Origin: Eledone cirrhosa | Taxonomy: Eukaryota | DNA: 64,000 nt | Direction of reading: 5' to 3' | NCBI GenBank assembly: GCA_964016885.1 | Contig: OZ024744.1 | Span: 130,572,001 to 130,636,000, forward strand | Shown here: positions 23,501 through 37,000 of the stretch, in pieces | How positions within the stretch are numbered: the first letter of the stretch is position 1 | How the letters are laid out: every line of letters starts with the position of its first letter | Translations under genes and position numbers: made by a program | Notes under the pieces: model-generated | The model's input: the letters and a program-made list of their open reading frames with translations, nothing else | Databases searched by the model: none | Told to the model about the DNA's origin: nothing

Positions 23501-26500
23501 AGTTGGGGTTAAGTTAAGTTGGGGTTAAGTTAAGTTGGGGTTAAGTTAAGTCGGGGTTAAGTTAAGTCGGGGTTAAGTTAAGTTAGGGGTAAGTTAAGTT
23601 GGGGGCAAGTTAAGTTGGGGTTAATTTAAGTTGGGGTTAAATTAAGTTGGGGTTAAGTTAAGTTGCTGTTAAGTTAAGTTGGGGTTAATTTAAGTTGGGG
23701 TTAATTAAGTTGGGGTTAAGTTAAGTTGGGGTTAAGTTAAGTTGGGGTTAATTTAAGTTGGGGTTGAGTTAAGTTGGGGTTAAGTTAAGTTGGGGTTATA
23801 TTAAGTTGAGGTTAACTTAAGTTGGGGTTAAGTTAAGTTGGTGTTAAGTTAAGTTGGGGCTAAGTTAAGTTGGGGCTGAGTTAAGTTGGGGCTGAGTTAA
23901 GTTGGGGCTAAGTTAAGTTGGGGTTGAGTTAAGTTGGGGTTAAGTTGGGGTTAAGTTAAGTTAGGTTTAAGTTAAGTTGGGGTTAAGTTAAGTTGGGGTT
24001 AAGTTAAGTTGGGGTTAAGTTAAGTTGGGGTTAAGTTAAGTTGGGGTTAAGTTAAGTTGGGGTTAAGTTAATTTGTGGTTAAGTTAAGTTGTGGTTAAGT
24101 TAAGTTGGGGTTAAGTTAAGTTGGGGTTAAGTTAAGTCGGGGTTAAGTTAAGTTGGGGTTAAGTTAAGTTGGGGTTAATTTAAGTTGGGGTTAAGTTAAG
24201 TTGGGGTTAAGTTAAGTTGGGGTTAAGTTAAGTCGGGGTTAAGTTAAGTTGGGGTTAAGTTAAGTTGGGGTTAAGTTAAGTTGGTTAGTTAAGTTGAGTT
24301 TAAGTTAAGTTGGGGTTAATTTAAGTTGGGGTTAAGTTAAGCTGGGGTTAAGTTAAGTTGGGGTTAAGTTAAGTTGGGGTTAATTTAAGTTGGGGTTAAG
24401 TTAAGTTGCGGGTAATTTAAGTTGGGGTTAAGTTAAGTTGGGGTTAAGTTAAGTTGGGGTTAAGTTAAGTTGGGGTTAAGTTAATTTGGGGTTAAGTTAA
24501 GTTGGGGCTAATTTAAGTTGGGGCTGAGTTAAGTTGGGGTTAAGTTAAGCTGGGGTTAAGTTAAGTTGGGGTTAAGTTAAGTTGGGGTTTATTTAAGTTG
24601 GGGTTAAGTTAAGTTGGGGTTCAGTTAAGTTGGGGTTCAGTTAAGTTGGGGTTAAGTTAAGTTGGGGTTAATTTAAGTTGGGGTTAAGTTAAGCTGGGGT
24701 TAAGTTAAGTTGGGGTTAAGTTAAGTTGGGGTTAAGTTAAGTTGGGGTTAAGTTAAGTTGGGGTTAAGTTAAGTTGGGGTTAAGTTAAGTTGGGGTTAAG
24801 TTAAGTTGGGGATAATTTAAGTTGGGGTTAAGTTAAGTTTGAGTTTAAGTTAAGTTGGGGTTAAGTTAAGTTGGGGTTAAGTTAAGTTGGGGTTAAGTTA
24901 AGTTGGTTAGTTAAGTTGAGTTTAAGTTAAGTTTGGGTTAATTTAAGTTGGGGTTAATTTAAGCTGGGGTTAAGTTAAGTTGGGGTTAAGTTAAGTTGGG
25001 GTTAATTTAAGTTGGGGTTAAGTTAAGTTGCGGGTAATTTAAGTTGGGGTTAAGTTAAGTTGGGGTTAAGTTAAGTTGGGGTTAAGTTAAGTTGGGGTTA
25101 AGTTAATTGGGGTTAAGTTAAGTTGGGGCTAATTTAAGTTGGGGCTGAGTTAAGTTGGGGTTAAGTTAAGTTGGGGTTAAGTTAAGTTGGGGTTAAGTTA
25201 AGTTGGGGTTAAGTTAAGTTGGGGTTTATTTAAGTTGGGGTTAAGTTAAGTTGGGGTTCAGTTAAGTTGGGGTTCAGTTAAGTTGGGGTTAAGTTAAGTT
25301 GGGGTTAAGATGGGGTTAAATTACGTTGGAGTTAAGTTAAGTTGGGGTTAAGTTAAGTTGGGGTTAAGTTGGGGTTAAGTTAAGTTAGGTTTAAGTTAAG
25401 TTGGGGTTAAGTTAAGTTGGGGTTAAGTTAAGTTGTGGTTAAGTTAAGTTGGGGTTAAGTTAAGTTGGGGTTAAGTTAAGTCGGGGTTAAGTTAAGTTGG
25501 GGTTAAGTTAAGTTGGGGTTAATTTAAGTTGGGGTTAAGTTAAGTTGGGGTTAAGTTAAGTTGGGGTTAAGTTAATTGGGGTTAAGTTAAGTTGGGGTTA
25601 AGTTAAGTTGAGGTTAAGTTAAGTTGGGGTTAAATTAAGTTTGGGTTAAGTTAAGTTGGGGTTAAGTTAAGTTGGGGTTAAGTTAAGTTGGGGTAAGTTA
25701 AGTTGGGGATAATTTAAGTTGGGGTTAAGTTAAGTTGGGTTTAAGTTAAGTTGGGGTTAAGTTAAGTTGGGGTTAAGTTAAGTTGGGGTTAAGTTAAGTT
25801 GGGGTTAAGTTAAGTTGGGGCTAACTTAAGTTGGGGCTGAGTTAAGTTGGGGTTAAGTTAAGTTGGGGTTAAGTTAAGTTGGGGTTAAGTTAAGTTGGGG
25901 TTAATTTAAGTTGAGGTTAAGTTAAGTTGGGGTTCAGTTAAGTTGGGGTTCAGTTAAGTTGGGGTTAAGTTAAGTTGGGGTTAAGATGGGGTTAAATTAC
26001 GTTGGAGTTAAGTTAAGTTGGGGTTAAGTTAAGTTGGGGTTAAGTTAAGTTGGGGTTAAGTTAAGTCGGGGTTAATTTAAGTCGGGGTTAAGTTAAGTTA
26101 GGGTTCAGTTAAGTTGGGGTTAAGTTAAGTTGGGGTTGAGTTAAGTTGGGGTTGAGTTAAATTGGGGTTGAGTTAAGTTGGGGTTGAGTTAAGTTGGTGT
26201 TGAGTTAAGTTGGGGTTAAGTTAAATTGAGGTTAAGTTAAGTTGCAGTTAAGTTAAGTTGAGGTTAAGTTAAGGTGCGGTTAAGTTAAGTTGGGGTTAAG
26301 TTAAGTTGGGGTTAAGTTAAGTTGGGGTTAAGTTAAGTTGGGGTTAAGTTAAGTTGGGGTTAAGTTAATTTGTGGTTCAGTTAAGTTGTGGTTAAGTTAA
26401 GTTGGGGTTAAGTTAAGTTGGGGTTAAGTTAAGTCGGGGTTAAGTTAAGTTGGGGTTAAGTTAAGTTGGGGTTAATTTAAGTTGGGGATAATTTAAGTTG

Positions 26501-29500
26501 GGGTTAAGTTAAGTTGGGTTTAAGTTAAGTTGGGGTTAAGTTAAGTTGGGGATAAGTTAAGTTGGGGTTAAGTTAAGTTGGGGTTAAGTTAAGTTGGGGT
26601 TAAGTTAAGTTGGGGCTAAGTTAAGTTGGGGCTGAGTTAAGTTGGGGTTAAGTTAAGTTGGGGTTAAGTTAAGTTGGGGTTAATTTAAGTTGGGGTTTAT
26701 TTAAGTTGGGGTTAAGTTAAGTTGGGGTTCAGTTAAGTTGGGGTTAAGTTAAGTTGGGGTTAAGATGGGGTTAAATTAAGTTGGGGTTAAGTTAAGTTGG
26801 GGTTAAGTTAAGTTGGGGTTAAGTTAAGTTGGGGTTAAGTTAAGTCGGGGTTAAGTTAAGTCGGGGTTAAGTTAAGATAGGGGTAAGTTAAGTTGGGGGC
26901 AAGTTAAGTTGGGGTTAATTTAAGTTGGGGTTAAATTAAGTTGGGGTTAAGTTAAGTTGCTGTTAAGTTAAGTTGGGGTTAATTTAAGTTGGGGTTAATT
27001 AAGTTGGGGTTAAGTTAAGTTGGGGTTAAGTTAAGTTGGGGTTAATTTAAGTTGGGGTTGAGTTAAGTTGGGGTTAAGTTAAGTTGGGGTTATATTAAGT
27101 TGGGGTTAAGTTAAGTTGGGGTTCAGTTAAGTTGGGGTTAAGTTAAGTTGGGGTTAAGTTAAGTTGAGGTTAACTTAAGTTGGGGTTAAGTTAAGTTGGT
27201 TAGTTAAGTTAAGTTGGGGCTAAGTTAATTTGGGGCTGAGTTAAGTTGGGGCTGAGTTAAGTTGGGGCTAAGTTAAGTTGGGGTTGAGTTAAGTTGGGGT
27301 TAAGTTGGGGTTAAGTTAAGTTAGGTTTAAGTTAAGTTGGGGTTAAGTTAAGTTGGGGTTAAGTTAAGTTGGGGTTAAGTTAAGTTGGGGTTAAGTTAAG
27401 TTGGGGTTAAGTTAAGTTGGGGTTAAGTTAATTTGTGGTTAAGTTAAGTTGTGGTTAAGTTAAGTTGGGGTTAAGTTAAGTTGGGGTTAAGTTAAGTCGG
27501 GGTTAAGTTAAGTTGGGGTTAAGTTAAGTTGGGGTTAATTTAAGTTGGGGTTAAGTTAAGTTGGGGTTAAGTTAAGTTGGGGTTAAGTTAAGTCGGGGTT
27601 AAGTTAAGTTGGGGTTAAGTTAAGTTGGGGTTAAGTTAAGTTGGTTAGTTAAGTTGAGTTTAAGTTAAGTTGGGGTTAATTTAAGTTGGGGTTAAGTTAA
27701 GCTGGGGTTAAGTTAAGTTGGGGTTAAGTTAAGTTGGGGTTAATTTAAGTTGGGGTTAAGTTAAGTTGCGGGTAATTTAAGTTGGGGTTAAGTTAAGTTG
27801 GGGTTAAGTTAAGTTGGGGTTAAGTTAAGTTGGGGTTAAGTTAATTTGGGGTTAAGTTAAGTTGGGGCTAATTTAAGTTGGGGCTGAGTTAAGTTGGGGT
27901 TAAGTTAAGCTGGGGTTAAGTTAAGTTGGGGTTAAGTTAAGTTGGGGTTAAGTTAAGTTGGGGTTTATTTAAGTTGGGGTTAAGTTAAGTTGGGGTTCAG
28001 TTAAGTTGGGGTTCAGTTAAGTTGGGGTTAAGTTAAGTTGGGGTTAAGATGGGGTTAAATTACGTTGGAGTTAAGTTAAGTTGGGGTTAAGTTAAGTTGG
28101 GGTTAAGTTAAGTTGGGGTTAAGTTAAGTCGGGGTTAATTTAAGTCGGGGTTAAGTTAAGTTAGGGTTCAGTTAAGTTGTGGTTAAGTTAAGTTGGGGTT
28201 GAGTTAAGTTGGGGTTGAGTTAAATTGGGGTTGAGTTAAGTTGGGGTTGAGTTAAGTTGGTGTTGAGTTAAGTTGGGGTTAAGTTAAATTGGGGTTAAGT
28301 TAAGTTGCAGTTAAGTTAAGTTGAGGTTAAGTTAAGGTGCGCGTAAGTTAAGTTGGGCTTAAGTTAAGTTGGGGCTAAGTTAAGTTGGGGCTCAGTTAAG
28401 TTGGGGCTAAGTTAAGTTGGGGTTAAGTTAAGTTGGGGTTAAGTTAAGTCGGGGTTAAGTTAAGTTGGGGTTAAGTTAAGTTGGGGTTAATTTAAGTTGG
28501 GGTTAAGTTAAGTTGGGGTTAAGTTAAGTTGGGGTTAAGTTAAGTTGGGTTTAAGTTAAGTTGGGGTTAAGTTAAGTTGGGGTTGAGTTAAGTTGGGGCT
28601 GAGTTAATTTGGGGTTAAGTTAAGTTGGGGTTAAGTTAAGTTGGGTTTAAGTTAAGTTGGGGTTAAATTAAGTTGGGGTTAAATTAAGTTGGGGTTAAGT
28701 TAAGTTGGGGGTAAGTTAAGTTGGGGGCAAGTTAAGTTGGGGTTAATTTAAGTTTGGGTTAAATTAAGTTGGGGATACGTTAAGTTGGTGTTAAGTTAAG
28801 TTGGGGTTAATTTAAGTTGGGGTTAATTAAGTTGGGGTTAAGTTAAGTTGGGGTTAAGTTAAGTTGGGGTTAATTTAAGTTGGGGTTGAGTTAAGTTGGG
28901 GTTAAGTTAAGTTGGGGTTATATTAAGTTGGGGTTAAGTTAAGTTGGGGTTCAGTTAAGTTGGGGTTAAGTTAAGTTGGGGTTAAGTTAAGTTGAGGTTA
29001 AGTTAAGTTGGGGATAAGTTAAGTTGGTGTTAAGTTAAGTTGGGGCTAAGTTAAGTTGGGGTTGAGTTAAGTTGGGGTTAAGTTAAGTTACGTTTAAGTT
29101 AAGTTGGGGTTAAGTTAAGTTGGGGTTAAGTTAAGTTGTGGTTAAGTTAAGTTGGGGTTAAGTTAAGTTGGGGTTAAGTTAAGTCGGGGTTAAGTTAAGT
29201 TGGGGTTAATTTAAGTTGGGGTTAATTTAAGTTGGGGTTAAGTTAAGTTGGGGTTAAGTTAAGTTGGGGTTAAGTTAATTGGGGTTAAGTTGGGGTTAAG
29301 TTAAGTTGAGGTTAAGTTAAGTTGGGGTTAAATTAAGTTTGGGTTAAGTTAAGTTGGGGTTAAGTTAAGTTGGGGTTAAGTTAAGTTGGGGATAAGTTAA
29401 GTTGGGGATAATTTAAGTTGGGGTTAAGTTAAGTTGGGTTTAAGTTAAGTTGGGGTTAAGTTAAGTTGGGGTTAAGTTAAGTTGGGGTTAAGTTAAGTTG

Positions 29501-32500
29501 GGGTTAATTTAAGTTGGGGTTAAGTTAAGTTGCGGGTAATTTAAGTTGGGGTTAAGTTAAGTTGGGGTTAAGTTAAGTTGGGGTTAAGTTAAGTTGGGGT
29601 TAAGTTAAGTTGGGGTTAAGTTAAGTTGGGGCTAATTTAAATTGGGGCTGAGTTAAGTTGGGGTTAAGTTAAGTTGGGGTTAAGTTAAGTTGGGGTTAAG
29701 TTAAGTTGGGGTTAAGTTAAGTTGGGGTTTATTTAAGTTGGGGTTAAGTTAAGTTGGGGTTCAGTTAAGTTGGGGTTCAGTTAAGTTGGGGTTAAGTTAA
29801 GTTGGGGTTAAGATGGGGTTAAATTACGTTGGAGTTAAGTTAAGTTGGGGTTAAGTTAAGTTGGGGTTAAGTTGGGGTTAAGTTAAGTTAGGTTTAAGTT
29901 AAGTTGGGGTTAAGTTAAGTTGGGGTTAAGTTAAGTTGTGGTTAAGTTAAGTTGGGGTTAAGTTAAGTTGGGGTTAAGTTAAGTCGGGGTTAAGTTAAGT
30001 TGGGGTTAAGTTAAGTTGGGGTTAATTTAAGTTGGGGTTAAGTTAAGTTGGGGTTAAGTTAAGTTGGGGTTAAGTTAATTGGGGTTAAGTTAAGTTGGGG
30101 TTAAGTTAAGTTGAGGTTAAGTTAAGTTGGGGTTGAATTAAGTTTGGGTTAAGTTAAGTTGGGGTTAAGTTAAGTTGGGGTTAAGTTAAGTTGGGGTAAG
30201 TTAAGTTGGGGATAATTTAAGTTGGGGTTAAGTTAAGTTGGGTTTAAGTTAAGTTGGGGTTAAGTTAAGTTGGGGTTAAGTTAAGTTGGGGTTAAGTTAA
30301 GTTGGGGTTAAGTTAAGTTGGGGCTAAGTTAAGTTGGGGCTGAGTTAAGTTGGGGTTAAGTTAAGTTGGGGTTAAGTTAAGTTGGGGTTAAGTTAAGTTG
30401 GGGTTAATTTAAGTTGGGGTTAAGTTAAGTTGGGGTTCAGTTAAGTTGGGGTTCAGTTAAGTTGGGGTTAAGTTAAGTTGGGGTTAAGATGGGGTTAAAT
30501 TACGTTGGAGTTAAGTTAAGTTGGGGTTAAGTTAAGTTGGGGTTAAGTTAAGTTGGGGTTAAGTTAAGTCGGGGTTAATTTAAGTCGGGGTTAAGTTAAG
30601 TTAGGGTTCAGTTAAGTTGGGGTTAAGTTAAGTTGGGGTTGAGTTAAGTTGGGGTTGAGTTAAATTGGGGTTGAGTTAAGTTGGGGTTGAGTTAAGTTGG
30701 TGTTGAGTTAAGTTGGGGTTAAGTTAAATTGAGGTTAAGTTAAGTTGCAGTTAAGTTAAGTTGAGGTTAAGTTAAGGTGCGGTTAAGTTAAGTTGGGGTT
30801 AAGTTAAGTTGGGGTTAAGTTAAGTTGGGGTTAAGTTGGGGTTAAGTTAAGTTAGGTTTAAGTTAAGTTGGGTTTAAGTTAAGTTGGGGTTAAGTTAAGT
30901 TGGGGTTAAGTTAAGTTGGGGTTAAGTTAAGTTGGGGTTAAGTTAAGTTGGGGTTAAGTTAAGTTGGGGTTAAGTTAAGTTGGGGTTAAGTTAAGTCGGG
31001 GTTAAGTTAAGTTGGGGTTAAGTTAAGTTGGGGTTAAGTTAAGTTGGGGTTAAGTTAAGTTGGGGTTAAGTTAAGTCGGGGTTAAGTTAAGTTGGGGTTA
31101 AGTTAAGTTGGGGTTAATTTAAGTTGGGGTTAAGTTAAGTTGGGGTTAAGTTAAGTTGGGGTTGAGTTAAGTTGGGGCTGAGTTAATTTGGGTTTAAGTT
31201 AAGTTGGGGTTAAGTTAAGTTGGGTTTAAGTTAAGTTGGGGTTAAATTAAGTTGGGGTTAAATTAAGTTGGGGTTAAGTTAAGTTGGGGGTAAGTTAAGT
31301 TGGGGGCAAGTTAAGTTGGGGTTAATTTAAGTTGGGGTTAAATTAAGTTGGGGTTACGTTAAGTTGGTGTTAAGTTAAGTTGGGGTTAATTTAAGTTGGG
31401 GTTAATTAAGTTGGGGTTAAGTTAAGTTGGGGTTAAGTTAAGTTGGGGTTAATTTAAGTTGGGGTTGAGTTAAGTTGGGGTTAAGTTAAGTTGGGGTTAT
31501 ATTAAGTTGGGGTTAAGTTAAGTTGGGGTTCAGTTAAGTTGGGGTTAAGTTAAGTTGGGGTTAAGTTAAGTTGAGGTTAAGTTAAGTTGGGGTTAAGTTA
31601 AGTTGGTGTTAAGTTAATTGGGGCTAAGTTAAGTTGGGGCTGAGTTAAGTTGGGGCTGAGTTAAGTTGGGGCTAAGTTAAGTTGGGGTTGAGTTAAGTTG
31701 GGGTTAAGTTGGGGTTAAGTTAAGTTAGGTTTAAGTTAAGTTGGGGTTAAGTTAAGTTGGGGTTAAGTTAAGTTGGGGTTAAGTTAAGTTGGGGTTAAGT
31801 TAAGTTGGGGTTAAGTTAAGTTGGGGTTAAGTTAAGTTGGGGTTAAGTTAATTTATGGTTAAGTTAAGTTGTGGTTAAGTTAAGTTGGTTAGTTAAGTTG
31901 AGTTTAAGTTAAGTTGGGGTTAAGTTAAGTTGGGGTTAAGTTAAGTTGGGGTTAAGTTAAGTCGGGGTTAAGTTAAGTTATGGTTCAGTTAAGTTGGGGT
32001 TAAGTTAAGTTGGGGTTGAGTTAAGTTGGGGTTGAGTTAAATTGGGGTTGAGTTAAGTTGGGGTTGAGTTAAGTTGGTGTTGAGTTAAGTTGGGGTTAAG
32101 TTAAGTTGGGGTTAAATTAAGTTGGGGTTAAATTAAGTTGGGGTTAAGTTAAGTTGGGGGTAAGTTAAGTTGGGGGCAAGTTAAGTTGGGGTTAATTTAA
32201 GTTGGGGTTAAATTAAGTTGGGGTTACGTTAAGTTGGTGTTAAGTTAAGTTGGGGTTAATTTAAGTTGGGGTTAATTAATGTTGGGGTTAAGTTAAGTTG
32301 GGGTTAAGTTAAGTTGGGGTTAAGTTAAGTTGAGGTTAAGTTAAGTTGGGGTTAAGTTAAGTTGGTGTTAAGTTAAGTTGGGGCTGAGTTAAGTTGGGGC
32401 TGAGTTAAGTTGGGGCTAAGTTAAGTTGGGGTTGAGTTAATTTGGGGTTAAGTTGGGGTTAAGTTAAGTTAGGTTTAAGTTAAGTTGGGTTTAAGTTAAG

Positions 32501-33919
32501 TTGGGGTTAAGTTAAGTTGGGGTTAAGTTAAGTTGGGGTTAAGTTAAGTTGGGGTTAAGTTAAGTTGGGGTTAAGTTAAGTCGGGGTTAAGTTAAGTTGG
32601 GGTTAAGTTAAGTTGGGGTTAAGTTAAGTTGGTTAGTTAAGTTGAGTTTAAGTTAAGTTGGGGTTAAGTTAAGTTGGGGTTAAGTTAAGTTGGGGTTAAG
32701 TTAAGTCGGGGTTAAGTTAAGTTATGGTTCAGTTAAGTTGGGGTTAAGTTAAGTTGGGGTTGAGTTAAGTTGGGGTTGAGTTAAATTGGGGTTGAGTTAA
32801 GTTGGGGTTGAGTTAAGTTGGTGTTGAGTTAAGTTGGGGTTAAGTTAAGTTGGGGTTAAATTAAGTTGGGGTTAAATTAAGTTGGGGTTAAGTTAAGTTG
32901 GGGGTAAGTTAAGTTGGGGGCAAGTTAAGTTGGGGTTAATTTAAGTTGGGGTTAAATTAAGTTGGGGTTACGTTAAGTTGGTGTTAAGTTAAGTTGGGGT
33001 TAATTTAAGTTGGGGTTAATTAATGTTGGGGTTAAGTTAAGTTGGGGTTAAGTTAAGTTGGGGTTAAGTTAAGTTGAGGTTAAGTTAAGTTGGGGTTAAG
33101 TTAAGTTGGTGTTAAGTTAAGTTGGGGCTGAGTTAAGTTGGGGCTGAGTTAAGTTGGGGCTAAGTTAAGTTGGGGTTGAGTTAAGTTGGGGTTAAGTTGG
33201 GGTTAAGTTAAGTTAGGTTTAAGTTAAGTTGGGTTTAAGTTAAGTTGGGGTTAAGTTAAGTTGGGGTTAAGTTAAGTTGGGGTTAAGTTAAGTTGGGGTT
33301 AAGTTAAGTTGGGGTTAAGTTAAGTTGGGGTTAAGTTAAGTCGGGGTTAAGTTAAGTTGGGGTTAAGTTAAGTTGGGGTTAAGTTAAGTTGGGGTTAAGT
33401 TAAGTTGGGGTTAAGTTAAGTCGGGGTTAAGTTAAGTTGGGGTTAAGTTAAGTTGTGGTTAATTTAAGTTGGGGTTAAGTTAAGTTGGGGTTAAGTTAAG
33501 TTGGGGTTAAGTTAAGTTGGGGTTAAGTTAAGTTGGGGATAATTTAAGTTGGGGTTAAGTTAAGTTTGAGTTTAAGTTAAGTTGGGGTTAAGTTAAGTTG
33601 GGGTTAAGTTAAGTTGGGGTTAAGTTAAGTTGGTTAGTTAAGTTGAGTTTAAGTTAAGTTGGGGTTAATTTAAGTTGGGGTTAAGTTAAGCTGGGGTTAA
33701 GTTAAGTTGGGTTTAATTTAAGTTGGGGTTAATTTAAGTTGGGGTTAAGTTAAGTTGGGGTTAAGTTAAGTCGGGGTTAAGTTAAGTTGGGGTTAAGTTA
33801 AGTTGGGGTTAAGTTAAGTTGAGGTTAAGTTAAGTTGGTTAGTTAAGTTGAGTTTAAGTTAAGTTGGGGTTAATTTAAGTCGGGGTTAAGTTAAGTTGGG
33901 GTTAAGTTAAGTTGGGGTT

Positions 33920-34094
33920 AACCCCAACTTAACTTAACCCCAACTTCACTCAACCCCAACGTAACTCAACCCCAACTTAACTTAACCCCAACTTCACTCA
34001 ACCCCAACTTAACTTAACCCCAACTTCACTCAACCCCAACTTCCAACTTGACTTAACCCCAACTTAACTTAGCCCCAACTTAACTTAAGCCCAA
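33920..34094 (-). repeat. 175-bp inverted satellite segment, copy 7 (last seen in window)
   Basis: Same segment. It shares flanking markers with copy 6 (upstream AATTTAAGTCGGGG, downstream GGTGGTTATCTTAAG). Confidence 0.97.
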
Positions 34095-37000
34095 AGTCGG
34101 GGTTAAGTTAAGTTGGCGTTAAGTTAAGTTGGCGTTAAGTTAAGTTAGGCTTAACTTAAGTTGGGGTTCAGTTAAGTTGGGGGTAAGTTAAGTTGGGGTT
34201 AAGTTAAGTTAGGGTTAAGTTAAGTTGGGGTTGAGTTAAGTTGGGGTTAATTAAGTGGTGGTTATCTTAAGTTGGGGTTAAGTTAAGTTGGGGTTAATTT
34301 AAATTGGGGTTAAGTTAACTTTGTGGTTAAGTTAAGTTGGGGTTAAGTTAAGTTGGGGTAAAGTTGGGGTTGAGTTAAGTTGGGGTTGAGTGAAGTTGGG
34401 GTTAAGTTAAGTTGGGGTTAAGTTAAGTTGGGGTTAAGATAAGTCGGGGTTAAGTTAAGTTGTGGTTGAGTTAAGTTGGGGTTAATTTAAGTTGGGGCTA
34501 AGTTAATTTGTGGTTAAGTTAAGTTGGGGTTAAGTTAAGTTGGGGTTAAGTTAAGTTGGGGTTGAGTTAAGTTGGGGCTGAGTTAATTTGGGTTTAAGTT
34601 AAGTTGGGGTTAAGTTAAGTTGGGTTTAAGTTAAGTTGGGGTTAAATTAAGTTGGGGTTAAATTAAGTTGGGGTTAAGTTAAGTTGGGGGTAAGTTAAGT
34701 TGGGGGCAAGTTAAGTTGGGGTTAATTTAAGTTGGGGTTAAATTAAGTTGGGGTTACGTTAAGTTGGTGTTAAGTTAAGTTGGGGTTAATTTAAGTTGGG
34801 GTTAATTAAGTTGGGGTTAAGTTAAGTTGGGGTTAAGTTAAGTTGGGGTTAATTTAAGTTGGGGTTGAGTTAAGTTGGGGTTAAGTTAAGTTGGGGTTAT
34901 ATTAAGTTGGGGTTAAGTTAAGTTGGGGTTAAGTTAAGTTGGGGTTAAGTTAAGTTGGGGTTAAGTTAAGTTGAGGTTAAGTTAAGTTGGGGTTAAGTTA
35001 AGTTGGTGTTAAGTTAAGTTGGGGCTAAGTTAAGTTGGGGCTGAGTTAAGTTGGGGCTGAGTTAAGTTGGGGCTAAGTTAAGTTGGGGTTGAGTTAAGTT
35101 GGGGTTAAGTTGGGGTTAAGTTAAGTTAGGTTTAAGTTAAGTTGGTGTTAAGTTAAGTTGGGGTTAAGTTAAGTTGGGGTTAAGTTAAGTTGGGGTTAAG
35201 TTAAGTTGGGGTTAAGTTAAGTTGGGGTTAAGTTAATTTGTGGTAAAGTTAAGTTGTGGTTAAGTTAAGTTGGGGTTAAGTTAAGTTGGGGTTAAGTTAA
35301 GTCGGGGTTAAGTTAAGTTGGGGTTAAGTTAAGTTGGGGTTAATTTAAGTTGGGGTTAAGTTAAGTTGGGGTTAAGTTAAGTTGGGGTTAAGCTAAGTCG
35401 GGGTTAAGTTAAGTTGGGGTTAAGTTAAGTTGGGGTTAAGTTAAGTTGGGGTTAAGTTAAGTTGGGGTTAAGTTAAGTTGGGGTTAAGTTAAGTTGGGGA
35501 TAATTTAAGTTGGGGTTAAGTTAAGTTTGAGTTTAAGTTAAGTTGGGGTTAAGTTAAGTTGGGGTTAAGTTAAGTTGGGGTTAAGTTAAGTTGGTTAGTT
35601 AAGTTGAGTTTAAGTTAAGTTTGGGTTAATTTAAGTTGGGGTTAATTTAAGCTGGGGTTAAGTTAAGTTGGGGTTAAGCTAAGTTGGGGTTAATTTAAGT
35701 TGGGGTTAAGTTAAGTTGCGGGTAATTTAAGTTGGGGTTAAGTTAAGTTGGGGTTAAGTTAAGTTGGGGTTAAGTTAAGTTGGGGTTAAGTTAATTGGGG
35801 TTAAGTTAAATTGGGGCTAATTTAAGTTGGGGCTGAGTTAAGTTGGGGTTAAGTTAAGTTGGGGTTAAGTTAAGTTGGGGTTAAGTTAAGTTGGGGTTAA
35901 GTTAAGTTGGGGTTTATTTAAGTTGGGGTTAAGTTAAGTTGGGGTTCAGTTAAGTTGGGGTTCAGTTAAGTTGGGGTTAAGTTAAGTTGGGGTTAAGATG
36001 GGGTTAAATTACGTTGGAGTTAAGTTAAGTTGGGGTTAAGTTAAGTTGGGGTTAAGTTGGGGTTAAGTTAAGTTAGGTTTAAGTTAAGTTGGGGTTAAGT
36101 TAAGTTGGGGTTAAGTTAAGTTGTGGTTAAGTTAAGTTGGGGTTAAGTTAAGTTGGGGTTAAGTTAAGTCGGGGTTAAGTTAAGTTGGGGTTAAGTTAAG
36201 TTGGGGTTAATTTAAGTTGGGGTTAAGTTAAGTTGGGGTTAAGTTAAGTTGGGGTTAAGTTAATTGGGGTTAAGTTAAGTTGGGGTTAAGTTAAGTTGAG
36301 GTTAAGTTAAGTTGGGGTTAAATTAAGTTTGGGTTAAGTTAAGTTGGGGTTAAGTTAAGTTGGGGTTAAGTTAAGTTGGGGTAAGTTAAGTTGGGGATAA
36401 TTTAAGTTGGGGTTAAGTTAAGTTGGGTTTAAGTTAAGTTGGGGTTAAGTTAAGTTGGGGTTAAGTTAAGTTGGGGTTAAGTTAAGTTGGGGTTAAGTTA
36501 AGTTGGGGCTAAGTTAAGTTGGGGCTGAGTTAAGTTGGGGTTAAGTTAAGTTGGGGTTAAGTTAAGTTGGGGTTAAGTTAAGTTGGGGTTAATTTAAGTT
36601 GAGGTTAAGTTAAGTTGGGGTTCAGTTAAGTTGGGGTTCAGTTAAGTTGGGGTTAAGTTAAGTTGGGGTTAAGATGGGGTTAAATTACGTTGGAGTTAAG
36701 TTAAGTTGGGGTTAAGTTAAGTTGGGGTTAAGTTAAGTTGGGGTTAAGTTAAGTCGGGGTTAATTTAAGTCGGGGTTAAGTTAAGTTAGGGTTCAGTTAA
36801 GTTGGGGTTAAGTTAAGTTGGGGTTGAGTTAAGTTGGGGTTGAGTTAAATTGGGGTTGAGTTAAGTTGGGGTTGAGTTAAGTTGGTGTTGAGTTAAGTTG
36901 GGGTTAAGTTAATTTGTGGTTCAGTTAAGTTGTGGTTAAGTTAAGTTGGGGTTAAGTTAAGTTGGGGTTAAGTTAAGTCGGGGTTATGTTAAGTTGGGGT

